NCBI GenBank assembly: GCA_951406725.2
Contig: OX597818.1
Span: forward strand, 44,640,001 to 44,704,000
Length of the DNA stretch: 64,000 nucleotides
DNA from: Octopus vulgaris
Taxonomy: Eukaryota
Reading direction: 5' to 3'
A program made the position numbers and the translations under genes. The notes under the pieces are model-generated. The model had not been told where the DNA came from. It saw only the letters and a list, made by a program, of their open reading frames with translations, and did not search any database. Each line of letters begins with the position of its first letter. Position 1 is the stretch's first letter. Positions 25,849 to 40,074 of this stretch are shown in pieces.

Positions 25849-27006
25849 GTAAGTTGTTATAATTTGCTTTTTTTTTTTTTTGTAATTTCAAAGTGAACTT
25901 TATAATTTTTGTAGTTAAAATGTTTGAAACACCACACAACACATTTTCTGAGTGGTTCAGTATATGGAACAATATTAAATGTTTATAACATATAGATATA
26001 TTTTTTAATAATATATTATTATTATTAATATAAGGAAATCAATATCGAATTTTTCACAAAGATATACCCATATGAAAGACTTTATGTATTAAAAATATAT
26101 ATAAATAAATAAATATTGAAAATATAAATATGATGTATAAAATAAATTTGAAAGTTTAAAAGTTTTGAATTAAGTTTTTAACTTTAATAGTATTAATATT
26201 ATTTTATACAATGGAGCACTTGATATAAATTCAGTATATAATATTCGTATTGAATATATTTACCTAATGATTTATGTTTATAACATATAAATATGCAAAA
26301 AAAACAAAAAATATATATCTTAGTTGTACTACAAAATTATAGTATTAAGACTACAACCCTGCATCTTTTCAGTAAGTCCTGAATAAGGTGGAAGTGAAGC
26401 TATTGCATGACTTGCCAATAATAGTGTGAAGGTATTAATAAACAAAACTTATTGTATGGTCACATATAATTATTTGAAATACAATACAATATGATTACAT
26501 TGCAGAATATTATATAACATCTTATTACAATGGTATGTTATTATAACATCTTAAAACTTTAATCATATTTATTCATGGTTCAGTCGATAAATGAACAGAC
26601 ATACCAAGGCATGGACATTATGTGTATAGTTAAAAAATTCTTCACTGATATTAATTTATCATCATCATCATTTAACATCCAAGTTCTATGCTGGCATGGC
26701 TTGGACATTTTGACAGGATCTGATGGGCCCAAGAACCACATCATGCTCCAGTATTTGTTTTGGTACGGCTCCTGTGGCTGGAGATACTTTCTAATGCCAA
26801 CCACTTTTCAACATGTATTGGATACTCTTTTTATGGCACCTGTAGGTAGCTATGTAACTTGCAAGACTTTGAACCTTACAAAAGTTAGTTTTATGCTTGG
26901 AGATGAGGAGTAAAAGTTTGAGAGAAGGGGCTAGAGCAGAACAGGTTTCTTGTTGTAGACATTTAAAGGACATGCATCATGTATTAATTCAATATTCCTA
27001 ATTCTT

Positions 27007-27430
27007 AAGGCAGTGATTTGGCAGAAACATTAGCACACCAGGCGAAAAGCTTAGTGGTATTTCATCTGCCGTTATGTTCTGAGTTCAAATTCCGCCGAGG
27101 TCGACTTTGCCTTTCATCCTTTCAGGGTCGATAAATTAAGTACCAGTTATGCACTGGGGTCAATGTAATCGACTTAATCCATTTGTCTGTCCCCTCTGTG
27201 TGTAGCCCCTTGTGGGCAATAAAGAAATAAGAAACGTTAGCACACTGGGCGAAATGCTTAGCAGTATTTCATCTGTCTTTATGTTCTGAGTTCAAATTCT
27301 GCTGAGGTCAACTTTGCCTTTCATCCTTTCGGGGTTGATAAATTAAGTACCAGTTGCATACTGAGGTCGATCTAATTGACTTGCCCCCTCTCCCAAAATT
27401 TTGAGCCTTGTGCCTAGAGTAGAGAAGAAT
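27007..27430 (+). mobile_element. SINE family B dimer with two different tails
   Basis: Two units contain gagttcaaattc...gaggtcgactttgcctttcatcc...aattaagtaccagtt. From memory, the central block resembles a conserved metazoan SINE domain. Confidence 0.88.
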
Positions 27431-28051
27431 ATTCCTAATTCCTAATTTGGTTCAAAGTGCTAATGGATTAAAACCTCTGATCATCTTTGCAATTATTCCC
27501 ACCTCATTTTAACTACAACTGTTCTTATAGTGCCTTAAATATGCTTTTTTTTTTTTTTTGCACCAGATTGCTTTGTCAAAAAATAGCTCAATTCAGGTGA
27601 CCAATATTATGGTTTACATACTACAAGAACCAACTTGCCTTATGAGATGTTTTTAAAGCAATTGAACTTCCATTCAAAAGACATGCTCTTCTCAATTTAG
27701 GCAACAAGCACTTAAGATTGATTGACTTGATGCATGTCCTTTAAATGTCTACATTTTGTTTTCAATAGATTATAATTTTTGCATGGCCATTGTTTGAGGC
27801 AATAAATGTATTTCAGTGTTAGTCATACTATATGTATTTATGTATGTATGTATGTATGTATGTATGTATGTATGGGTGTATACATACAAACATATATATA
27901 TACATATATTTCTTTTTTTACTCGTTGGTGATGTATTGTTCTTATTGTATATTTTTTGGTAATTTGTTCTGTACTTATCGCTTGTGTATATATGTAATTT
28001 TCACTCATTGGTGATGTCTTGTACTTGATGTATTTATATATATATATATAT

Positions 28052-28243
28052 TCTTTTACTTGTTTCAGTCATTTGACTGCGGTCATGCTGAAGCACTGCT
28101 TTTAGTCGAGCAAATCAACCTCAGGACTTATTCTTTATAAGCCTCGTACTTATTCTATCGGTCTCTTTTGCCGAACTGCTAAGTTAGGGAGATGTAAACA
28201 CACCAACATCGGTTGTGATGGTGGTGGGGACAAACACAAACAC

Positions 28244-28250
<7 letters not shown>
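28052..28250 (-). mobile_element. SINE family A 3' half
   Basis: Matches the consensus up to the internal microsatellite. Confidence 0.85.
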
Positions 28251-28289
<39 letters not shown>

Positions 28290-28569
28290 GTATATATACA
28301 TACATACCTACATACATACATACATACATATATACATACATACATATACAAACTAAAAATAAAATATGATGGAGCTGGAAGGTCTCAGCATATAACAAGA
28401 GAAAACTGGGCTGTTCACTGCACAGGATTTATTTCCAGTGGTAAGTTTTTGAGATCTTGTAGAAGAGCTGCAGGTTTACAGTTTTTGGTATCAATACTAT
28501 ATTTATAGCAATGGTCACTCTTTATATAGTCATACAAACCAATGTAAGTATTAGTATGAAAATGTCTAC

Positions 28570-28785
28570 AAAGGCAGCAAGGTGGTAGAGTCATTAGCAT
28601 GCTGGGAAAAATGCTTAGTATCATTTTGTCTGTCTCTTCATTCTGAGTTCAAATTTTGCTGAGGTCAACTTTGCATTTCAACTCATTGGGGTTGATTAAA
28701 TAAGTACCAGTTGAACACTGATGTTGATGTAATTCACTTATCCCCACCCTGAAATTGCTGGCCTTGTGCCAAAATTTGAAAGCAA
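28570..28785 (+). mobile_element. SINE family B monomer
   Basis: Colinear with the 27225-27430 unit. Confidence 0.8.
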
Positions 28786-30313
28786 TATGAAAATGTCTAT
28801 AAAATAGTTCTTTCTCTAAGCCTAAACTCCATTCTTTGATTGTCAATTGCAGGTAAAAAATTCTGCGAAATTATGCCTATTATACCATTGTGAAGTATAT
28901 TGCTGCTGCTACTACCTCCATTTACACATTTTGATCGGCCAGCTGCTACAATATGTTCTAACTGCTACCCAGCACATGAAGGACTACATGACAGCATGTA
29001 ACATGTTGTCAGAGTAGAGTCAAATCCAGTACCCAGTCAGTACCCAGAAATTGCCGAGTGCTATTAAGTGTTTGATTGGCAAGAAGATGACAAAGGCTAC
29101 TTAACTACATTCAATTATCTTATTAAAATAAATTTTGTTACATCCAGAATTTTTCTTTGAAGGAGATAGACAAGCAAGAAAACTTATGAGAAAAAAAAAT
29201 CCAAATTGATTAATATCAAAAGCTTTGAATTATAATTTTTGATTTTAACATTATTCTAGTCTCATCTTACAAAGAAAATAATTTACTTGGTCTTTCTGGT
29301 AAATATGTACCAAAGTGATAATATTTACTGTTCATGAACATTGGTATAAACAGAGAAAAAAAATCATGAAATTTTCATTAGTTGTTGTTGTTATTGTTGT
29401 TGTTATTATTATCATTATTATCATATCTTAGATGTTAGCAATATTACGAAATGATAATGAAGTCTAGTAATGGTTATAGCTCATGAGTAACACCTACACA
29501 GGTTGGCTGTCACAGTGTAGGTGTGTTGCTATGCCAATGTCGATATTTTCTGAAGAATCATAGATTCAACTTTTAAATGTAAAAACAAAACAAAACAAAA
29601 AAAAAACTACTAAAGAATTTTAAGTGATTTGTTTCATTTTAATATATTCTTTTTTTCTTTTTTTTTTTTCATTTAAAAAACATTTGACTGTTTCAGAATC
29701 ATTAAAACCAATGAATCAAATTAGTTGGTTGTAAAAATCTGTACTATAAAAGACTAATACATTTTAAATCTACAGGTGATATTTTTAATTTTTCTGAGAA
29801 AAAAAAAAAAAAAATTTCTGTTTTAGAAACTATAAACATGGAAGTAGAGACAAAGGAAGCAGAGACGAAACAGAATTGAGAGAAAAGTGAATGGAAGAAA
29901 TGGGAAGAAAATCAAACTACCACTATCATTCACAGCAGCTGAACTTTATACTCCGTAGTTATTATTATTTTCAACATCAGTTTTATAGCTGATTACTTTA
30001 GCATAGCTGAAACAGCTCATTGGCATTACTTTCTATAGTAGTCTCCCATTATTAATACTTCCTTTACCAAAACTCTCTTAAGTGATCCTTTGCTTACTTT
30101 TTACCTTAATTTATTACCAATGACTATGTAGTCACACGACCTGTTAAAAATATCTGTCAAATTTACCTTAAATAATTCCTTTCCGATTTAAATGCCTTTG
30201 CCTTTTAGTATTTACTTGTTTAAATCATTGGACTGTGGCCATGCTACAGCAGTGCCTTGTTATATATATGTGCATGTGTGCGTGTGTATATATATATATA
30301 TTTATATATATGT

Positions 30314-30622
30314 GGAGGCGTAATGGCAAAGTGGTTAGGGCAGCGGACTCGCGGTTGGAGGATCGTGGTTTCAATTCCCAGACCAGGCGTTGTATGTGTT
30401 TATTGAGCGAAAACACCTAAAATCTCCACGAGGCTCCGGCAGGAGGTGGTGGCGACCCCCTGTTGTACTCTTTCGCCACAGCTTTCTCTCACTCTCTCTT
30501 CCTGTTTCTTGAGTAACGCTGCAATGGACTGGCTTCCCATCCAGCTGAGGGGAACACATACGCCACAGAAACCGGGAAACTGGGACCATGAGCTTGGCTA
30601 GGCTTGAAAAGGGCGACGTTTA
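30314..30622 (+). mobile_element. tRNA-derived SINE (family E)
   Basis: A-box TGGCAAAGTGG, B-box-like GGTTTCAATTCCC and a V-domain-like ctgcaatggactggc..tccag. Second copy at 59720-60020. Confidence 0.85.
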
Positions 30623-30654
30623 TCTTTTTTTTTATATATATATATATATGATAA

Positions 30655-31030
30655 TAATGTTTGACCATCGTTTTTTACAATGACCAGGACATCACATGGG
30701 AGAAAAAGATGGGTGATAGTATGTCTGGCTGTGGTTGATTAGGTTAGTGTATGCTTAGAAGGTTCTGCCTCATGTTGGACACAGGTGGTATGCTGGAAAC
30801 AAAGTTCCTGTGATCCTATTCTGTTCATAGGAGGGGGCACCTCTGCTGGTGCTGCTATGCTAGACAGGGTTGTTCTGTGCTCACATTTCCCAATTTATCA
30901 GGGTTGATCTGAAAGTACTTCAGTGAGATTTTAAGTGTATCTTTGAAGCGCTTTTTCTGCTCACCTTGTGTGCACTTGCCTTCTGTCAATTCACTGTAAA
31001 AAGCACACACCCATACATTCTGTAATGTAA
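30655..31030 (-). pseudogene. RTE LINE 3' fragment
   Basis: FYSELTEGKCTQGEQKKRFKDTLKISLK followed by a CPT.GRTF...LINH zinc-finger remnant. Confidence 0.85.
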
Positions 31031-31207
31031 TCTGATACATAGTACTAAAATATGAAGTGGTCATGGTTGGAAGGCCTTTGATAAAAGGCCTGTTTGATCA
31101 GAGTTGATCTGGGAATAATAAAGAGCAACAGAATTTCTAGCTTACTCAGTATTTCAATACAGTGATATGTTCTAGCTTAGAATTACAATAGTATTTCAAA
31201 TACAATT

Positions 31208-31660
31208 TCATGAATCAATTCTTCATGTCCATTAACTAATTAGATGTAACTGTAGAATGGGTAATTAAAACAATTCTGTGTTATTCTGTACTTAAACGAC
31301 CTAATAAATGCTGTGTGCTGTCGAGTTTCTCATGCTTGGAAGAAACTCAAGGAAATTCTTTGATGATATGAAATGATTCTCTATCCATATATTAGATTTC
31401 ATAATGGATTTTTTAAGCAATCTCCTCAAGAAGAATGAACAGAATATATTATAAATCTGCAATATATTTGAAAGGGGATTCGAGTATTTTGAACATGAAG
31501 AATGAATGCAAATAAGTTAGTAGTTGATAGCAACTATTATCTCATTTATATTCATCACATGATTAGGTCAATTAAGTACAGAATAACATGGAGTTGCATT
31601 AATTACACATTTTGCAGTTACATTTCAATAGTTAATGCACCCGAAGAGCTGGTTCATTGA
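31208..31660. repeat. Old inverted repeat with ~100-bp arms (31208-31310 / 31558-31660)
   Basis: gttattctgtacttaaacgacctaat pairs with attaggtcaattaagtacagaataac, and the pairing extends outward. Confidence 0.75.
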
Positions 31661-31804
31661 TATTCTACCTGGAATATTATTACGTCTCTAAGGTACAAGG
31701 TACGAAAACATTTTTCACTTTGCAATACTAATTCTCATATAAACACGTCTATTGAGTAGACTTATACTGAAAGGTTTTTCAGCCATAACCACATTCAGTA
31801 TCTG

Positions 31805-32170
31805 TTGCTTGTTTCGATCATTGGACTGCAGCCATGTTGGGGCACCATCTTGAAGAATTTAATCAATAAAATTGATCCCTTTGCTTATTTAAGTTTGGTA
31901 CTTATTCTATTACTCTCTTTTGCATAACTGCCAAGTTGTGGGGATGTAAACAAACCAACGCTGGTTGTAAAGCAGTTGGGGCTTGACCACAAAGACACAC
32001 ACTTATATATATGTAGGCATCAATACAGTTTCCCCTCCCTACCAAATTCACTCCCAAGTTAATGTTTGATCTGGGGCCACAGCAGAAGACATTTATCCAA
32101 AGTGCTGTGCAGTGAGATTGAACTTGAAACCATACGGTTGCAAAGCAAGCCTTTTAAGCACATAGCTGTG
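31805..32170 (-). mobile_element. SINE family A, old copy
   Basis: Colinear and diverged. Confidence 0.75.
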
Positions 32171-34177
32171 TGTCCTCTTCTTATTTAAGATTCTAGGCAG
32201 TTATTTAAAGGAGATTTGACTAATATTCTTTGCAGTTTGAGTTACCAAATAGAAGTTGCTTCGTTGGCTCAGATCTCTAAAGTATTTTATGTCTTGATCT
32301 AACCCCATCTCCAGCAGAATCACATCCTTCAAATGGTCCCATTGGCATATATTCTAACTTGGCTACATTAACCAATCTTTGATACAAGTTTGTTTAGAAA
32401 TGTGCCATTTCTATTCTTGATTGTATACTTATGGTGTCTCTTGCAGTTCACAAGACTGCCTCTATTTATCTTTCAACTTGCTGTTCATGTAACTTCATTA
32501 TTGTCACTAATTCTCATGCGAATCCACTGAGATGAGATTGCTTTTGCTGAGAGACTAGTTGGCTCTGTTCAACATATGAGACAGTGAAAAACCTACCAAA
32601 GACTGGCAACCAGAGAATACTATACAAAAGCTCAAATCAATGTTTCTAGACACCCCGCCTACATTTTGGACATGCTTTTCCTCAGGCGCTTATCAAAAAC
32701 AAAGTGTGTATTGGAGAGAACAGGAAAATGAGCTGGAAATTAACAAAGTCAAGTCAAGTCTTTGATGGCCTCCTTTGCAAAATAAATAAAACATTGGAAG
32801 TTGTGTTTGTTCTACTCTTGGAAAATGTATATTAGAACTGGAGACAGAATAGGATAATTACTGTTCCAGTCCAGAGTAAATAATTCTGGAAATGTTAATC
32901 AGCAAAGCCTTCTTGTTGACTCATCTTGTCACAACATGCCATATCTCTAGTTGATAAATGTTGTATATAACTAAAGTACCTCTCTAGACCCACCACAACC
33001 AAACAGTGATCTGCTAATACATAATCTCAGAAATATTCAGCTATTTGTTGGAATTCTTGCATTATGGCTCCTACTCAGTTTACAGCAGACCTGATAGTGG
33101 TGTTGACACCTCTATTTTTTTTTTTAATATAGTGCCCCGAAAACTTCCTTTAGTTCTAACTATACAACTGTCATAATCTATAGCGAAGAATTGCTGTCAT
33201 GTGGTTACTACCTCTGCTTCTATGCTAAAAATCTATTTTTGTTATAAGCTTTTTCTCTATTTTACTCTACTTTAAACTCTTAACTTTATAAGTTCCCATA
33301 ACCACTGATTAGGAATTTTCCCAATTCTTTAACAATAGGAGTGCCCACCTGGTCTATGAATATATCTGTGACTAAGTTTCCAATATGCTCTCAGCTAGAT
33401 AGCTTTTGTCTGACAAAACTTCAATAATCATCATTTTGTATTCTGTAATTAAAATAAGCTACTTTTTAAAACTGTAAGCAGCTGATAAATTCCCTCTCAT
33501 ATGACCAAACAAGTATTCTCAAGAAATAAAATCTGCATTTTCCATTCTTATTGAATCTGGTTCAAAATGATTCTGTAGGGAAACTATGTGACTGGTGACT
33601 ACATGTGAACTTGTATTCTCACTGATACTCTGAACATGAATGCTACACCTAAACAACGATTGACAACTATGGCTATGGCTTCTGTGATATCTGATGCACT
33701 TGCTCTCCAAGTAGGGCATTTGTTAAATTTGCAAGCTGGAGTTTTGGGCCACAGGCAGAAGCATGACTTTGCCTGCCAACTGTTAAGGCCAACTGTCAAA
33801 TGTGGTCAGCATTCATGAGGGGCTTGGTGAACTTATTGGTCAAAGGCTGCTCAACACATATTGGGTGGATGCTGCCAAAAGTTCAAGAACAGGAAAATCT
33901 AGTCTGAACCAGTTGGCAGTAATTGAACAGATTTAAGAGGCTTTTACATCCTTCCCCTTGTGAACTAGCTCTTATTTTAAGGGAATTTAATCTAAGACTT
34001 TACTGCTTCTATAATTCTACCACTATCATCATCATCATTTTATTCTTTCTATGTTTGGCAAGAACTTGATGGGTAGTCTAGGTCACTTCTTATTAGGAGT
34101 TCTCTTGGATGGGTCAGGAACCACACCTTGTTTATACATTACAACCTCCTCACCACCACCACCACCACCACAACCAT

Positions 34178-34530
34178 CATCATCATCATCACCATCATCA
34201 TTTAACATCCGTTGTCCATGCTGGCATGGGTTGGGTGGGTTGACCAGGGCTGGTAAGCTGGGAGGCTGCACCAGACTCTAGTCTGATTTGACATGGTTTT
34301 CTATGGCTGGATGCCCTTCTTAACACCAACCACTCTGAAAGTGTAATGGGTGCTTTTATGTGCCATTTGTGTGACATCAAAATCTGCCATGACTGTGATT
34401 TTGCTTGGCTTGATGGGTCTTCTTCTCAAGCACAACATAATGTCAAAGGTCTCGGTCATTGCCTCCATGAGGCTGAACACTTGAAAGGAACTCAGCCACT
34501 TTGCCTCCGTGAGGCCCAATGCTCGAAAGG
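34178..34530 (-). mobile_element. Family C-related LINE 3' end
   Basis: (CAT)n, then ttaacatcc...ggatgcccttc...tgcttttatgtgcca. Confidence 0.8.
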
Positions 34531-35544
34531 AACTCAACCCCAAATTATGTATTTAAAAAAAACACCTAGCAGAGTCAATGCCAGAGCTGAAAAAAATGTT
34601 AACAGCATAAATCCTTAATTACAACTTCACAAGCTTTGATGCTGCTTAGGTTTAATAGCAAACCTTGATAGCAGCACAAGGTTGACTTGCTACTAAAAAT
34701 TACATGAAAAATGAAACCTTAGATCACTGGTTGACTATGTGCTGATCACGAAGAAACAATTGATTGTAAGGTTTTCCCAGTTTTAGTAAAGTCTCAGAAA
34801 ACAGATGGTACAAACATATGCCAGAGACAGTGCCTGAAAATAGCAAAATAACAATACTCATTCACATGTTTGTACACTCCGATACAGAAGTAACAACAAA
34901 CTGCCGAGGTACTTTTTGTAAGTGACCCGAGAGAGAAAACCTGTTTGTTAACAGAAATTTCATTCTCAAACTAGCAAAAATTCTCCCTGAAATAGTTCTT
35001 ATATACCTTTAATATAAACATTCAGAAATAGAATTATCTTGAGCATGGGGACTGAAAATATCCTAATAATAGTAGATCAACAAGGATTATTTTAAAAAAT
35101 GGTATGCATATACAAAAAGATATGATACCAGAATTATATATGGTATCAAGATTAGATTACACCGAAACACTCTATCCAAAGAAATGACACTGTTCATACT
35201 AGGACAATACTAAAATTTTGTAAGCATAAAAGAACACAGACACAAAATAATACACATTTGGGTTGTTATTGGGTTTTTACAATATTTTGTAACTATTTTG
35301 TTTCTATTTATGTTTGTGAATTTCCTTTTACACAGATAACAGAAGGTATTCAGCTCATTTTATTATGTCCATGGATAAGTTTACCATAACAATAGCTGAC
35401 AAAATTTATTACCATTGAATTATACCATCACAGTAAACTTCACTGTTGAACATCAGTTCAGCTGTCTACAAAATAATTGCAGATAATTTCCCCACAAATA
35501 ATTTTCATCATCAACATCATCATCAATAATAATAATAATAATAA

Positions 35545-35771
35545 TAACTCGAGCACTCAGAGAGCACAAACCTCCACCAAGGCAACACCAATGTTCTCTC
35601 AACAATTAGCCAGAGATGATTTTTAAAACAAGAATATCTGAAATAAATTTGACTGCTCTCACAAACGAGAATACTAAAACTTTGCCGAAACGCTAAGTTA
35701 CAGGGATGTAAACACACTAGCATCGGTTGTCAAGCGATGTTGGGGGGACAAACACAGATACACAAATGTAT

Positions 35772-35802
<31 letters not shown>

Positions 35803-35965
35803 CGACAGGCTTCTTTCAGTTTCCATCTACCAAATCCACTAACAAGGCTTTGGTCAGCCCGAGGCTATAGTAGAAGACACTTGCCCAAGGCGCCACACAG
35901 TGGGACTGAACCCGGAACCATGTGGTTCAGAAACAAGCTACTTACCACACAGCCACTCCTACGCC
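35545..35965. mobile_element. HINE/Helentron-like fragment (35545-35679) fused to a SINE family A part (35680-35965, -)
   Basis: The first part matches 62245-62377; the second matches SINE A. Confidence 0.75.
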
Positions 35966-36642
35966 TTAATAATAATAATGATGATAAAAATTTGTTGTTT
36001 ATTTTCCTCACTAAGTAATACACACACTAACACAAACACAAGAAAAAGGCGAAAACAGAAGAAGGAAGTACTTGATTGTTACAAGAAATGAAATTTTCTC
36101 CCAGATAAATATGAATAAAAATATATTTTCCCAGACTGTCGCAGTATGATGTTGAGACAGTTACAAGAAATGATTTCAATGCATCTATACTGGAATCAAA
36201 CATAAAGTAACTTTCCAGAAAATAACTATGTTTGAAATCCAGAGACTATTAGGAAGGTAGGTGTGCAAGTCGTCATTTAAATGACAATACATATTGAGTA
36301 CAATGCCATCTGTGAATTGCTAACTGAATTTAGCAAATTTAACAATTCTTGAGAGATTCTTCAGATTGGAGACATAAGATAAAATAACACCTTGATAAAA
36401 ATGCAATAGTACAAAAGAGAAGAGAAAGAAAAAAAAGAACCTCAACACAAATTAATTCTTATATCAGTAGAAAAGTTGTGAGGGAAGAAAGCTTTTGATG
36501 TGTAATAAGAAAATTTAAAAGAAAAACATAATAAATATAACTATGTTCCTCGTTTTCTGTATATGACAATCTTTGCCTAAGATACTAATAATTCTTTCAT
36601 TAATTTTCCAAAATAAACTTTAAATTGATCTCTAATCTTGTA

Positions 36643-37376
36643 TCTTTTACTTGTTTCAGTCATTAGATTGCAGCCATGCTGGTGCAAAGCCTTGAAGAAT
36701 TTTTAGTCAAATAATCGTCTCCAGTACTTCTTATTTCTTTTTTAAGTCTGGTGCTTATTCTATTGGTCTGTTTTCCTGAACTGCTAAGTTATCTGAGTGT
36801 CAACACACCAACACTGGTAGTGAAGTTGTGGTGGGGACAAATACAGACACCAAGACACATCATGATCATCATCATCATTTAACGTCCGTTTTCCATGCTA
36901 GCATGGGTTGGACGGTTCGACCAGGGTCTGGTAAGCCGTGGAGGCTGCACCAGGCTCAAGTCTGCTTTGGCAGTGTTTCTACAGCTGGATACCCTTCCTA
37001 ACACCAACCACTCCGTGAGTGTAGTGGGTGTTTTTTACGTGCCACTGGCACAGGTGCCAGGGGAAGCTGGCAGCGGCTACGATCGGTTGATGCTTTTTAC
37101 GTGCCACCGACACGGACGCCAGTCAGGCGGTGCTGGTATCTGCCACATTTGGACGGTGCTTTTTACGTGTCACCAATGGACTTTTTTTTTCAGTTTCCAT
37201 CAACCAAATCCACTTAAAAAGCTTTGGTCATCTCAAGGCTATAGCAGAAGATCCTTCACCACAACTTCACTGCTGGTGTTGGTGTGTTGACACCCTCATA
37301 ACTTAGCAGTTCATCAAAGCAGACCAATAGAATAAGCACCAGGCTTAAAAAAGAAATAAGTACCAGAGACAATTAC
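36643..37376. mobile_element. Rearranged SINE A / family C composite with local inverted duplication
   Basis: SINE A (-) 36643-36860 and family C (-) 36862-37175. An inverted copy of 36712-36838 lies at 37252-37376. Confidence 0.75.
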
Positions 37377-37763
37377 TCTTTTACTCTTTTACTTGTTTCA
37401 GTCATTTGACTGAGGCCATGCTGGAGCACTGCCTTTAGTCGAGCAGGACTTATTCTTTGTATGCCTAGTACTTATTCTATTGGTCTCTTATGCTGAACCG
37501 CTAAGTGACGGGGATGTAAACATGCCAACATCGGTTGTTGAGTGATGTTGGGGGAGACAAACACAGACACATAAACATTTACACACACACACACATTTAT
37601 ATATACATATATATGGTGTGCTTCTTTCAATTTCCATCTACCAAATCCACTCACAAGGTTTTGGCCGGCCTGAGGCTATAGTAGAAGACACTTGCCCAAG
37701 GTGCAACACAGTGGGACTGAACCTGGAACCATGTGGTTGGTAAGCAAGCTACTTACCACACAG
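37377..37763 (-). mobile_element. SINE family A
   Basis: Near full length. Confidence 0.9.
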
Positions 37764-38699
37764 CTAAAAGTTCTTCAAGGCAGTGCCCCTGCATAGTTGC
37801 AGTCTAATTCTTCCTGATCTTGGTAAAAGGTCAGTAATTTTGAGGGGAGTGGGGTCAGTTGGTGTTATTGACCCCAGTATTTGACTATAACTTTATTTTA
37901 TTGACTCCCAAAAATGAATTATAAAGTTGACCTTGATAAGATTTGAACACAGAATGTTAAAAGTATTAAAAGAAAGACTACAAAGTAATTAGCCAACACT
38001 AATGAGTCTGTTAATCTACCACCTTAATGATTGGTGGTAGATTAACAATCATTAGAAGATCCTTCACCACAACTTCACTGCCGGTGTTGATTACATTGAC
38101 CTCGGTGCAAAGACCTGCAAAGATGAAAAGTAAAGTCGACCTTGGCAGAATTTGAACCCAGAACTAAAAGATGGACGAAATGCCACTATGCATTTTGCCT
38201 GGTGTGCTAACGGTTCTGCCAGCTCACAGCCATATAATTTTGATATTATATTGACCACAAAAACATTGTACTTTTTATCTCTATATCAAAATTGTGAGAG
38301 AGTACACAAGTCTTAGATATTGCAGCAGATATTTCTGTTTTTTCCAGGGAAATTCTCTTCTTGTTGCTTTAGCCGAATATTGGTGCTCATGATTTAGAAA
38401 GTGTCCAATGAATATTGGTATTCTATAAATAGATATTTTAATGCTTGCTTCTATGCATCGATACACGAACGAATGGCATACTTGTAGGACTGGCTGATGA
38501 TTAATATTTTCCTCCTTCCCAGTGAATTATTCAAACTCACATTCTGTGATCCAGTAAGAATTAGATATATTTCTGGTGCTGCCAGAAAATGAAGGTGCTA
38601 TGTCACCTGAACCAAGATGTCAAGCTGTAAATTTTAGCCCCAGCCGTTGTCAGTGATGCTGGACTGACTCCTGGTGGCAAGTAAAGGAACACTGTTTCG

Positions 38700-39095
38700 A
38701 CCCTGTGCTTGAGGAGACCTATTGAGTCAAGTACATCAACATCAAAATCAATGGAAATTGTAGTTGTGATCCCTGTGCCGGTGGCACGTAATGAGCACCA
38801 TCCGAACGTGGCCGATGCCAGCGCCGCCTTGACTGGCTTCTGTGCCAGTGGCATGTAAAAAGCACCAACAGATTGTGGCCATTGCCAGCCTCACCTGGCA
38901 CCTGTGCTGGTGGCATGTAAAAAGCACCCACTACACTCACGAAGTGGTTGGCATTAGGAAGGGCATCCAGCTGTAGAAATTCTGCCAGATCAGACTGGAG
39001 CCTGATGCAGCCTTCTAGCTTCCCAGACCCCGGTTGAACCATCCAACCCATGCTAGCATGGAAAACGGACGTTAAACGATAATGATGATGATGAT
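38700..39095 (+). mobile_element. RTE-type LINE 3' UTR fragment (family C), 3 units
   Basis: Nearly colinear with 3505-3893. Confidence 0.88.
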
Positions 39096-40043
39096 TGTGA
39101 AACTTTTATTCCCATTGTTCCATAGAGCTGAGAGTCCTCCATGGTACTCAACAATTAATGGTCATTAAACTAAGATCTTTGAAATGTTTGTTCTCAAAGA
39201 AATAATAAAATAAAAACGGTGAGATTAATAATGTCCAAAAATATTTTCGCCATCAGCTCAAGTTTTGATATATCATAAAATATTTGAATGTTTGGAAGAA
39301 ATACTTGTGAAACAGCAACAACAACAACAACGACAATAATACAATAGCAGCTACTACAATCACCTACTAACCATATCAGCTGCCATCTACCAATGAAAAA
39401 AAAAACAAAACAACAACAACAACAAAAAATTGCCAACAACGACCATCACAATAAACAACAATAATACTAACATTAACTACAATATCTAAAATAGACCTAG
39501 TAATGCAGTAAGTGTTTCTACATCTGTCAACCTATTAACGTCATTGAATGATCCAGTAAAGCAAGAAGCAAAAAAAAGAGAGAAAACATCATTTACAAAG
39601 AAAAAAAAAAGTAAGAATTACACCCACACACATACACATATATGTACATATGTGTATAAATGTGTGTGTGTGTAGCTAGTGGTAGGGTTATAATTCATAA
39701 CCTTCTTTTAACACCCGAAAGCATCTGAATAGCATTATAGATTAAAAATTTGGAGAAGCCTTCTCTACTCTTCTGTGTCGTATATGGACTCCCAAATTAA
39801 TATCTGCAAAAGCAATGTTGTTGCCTTTAATACTACAAGTAACTTCAGGCATGAGAAGTTCCACTTGTGAGCTCCATTTTTTGGGCAGAGAGCTTTCTTT
39901 GCAGTATGCTCTGATAGTATTCTTCCTACCCAAAGGCTTGGTTATATCTTTCATACTGTTTCACCAGTGTATTCATGAATGCACCATTTACCATCTCTCT
40001 CTCTCTCTATCTCACTTCATGTGTATGCATACATATACATACA

Positions 40044-40074
<31 letters not shown>

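Noticed and set aside
38541-38606. Minus-strand exon candidate (cag...gtgagt, GDIAPSFSGSTRNISNSYWITE)
   Set aside because: Isolated, weak polypyrimidine tract, and no compatible partner exons identified
39742-39954. 70-aa ORF in non-repetitive-looking DNA
   Set aside because: No recognisable motif or splice support; possibly a decayed TE
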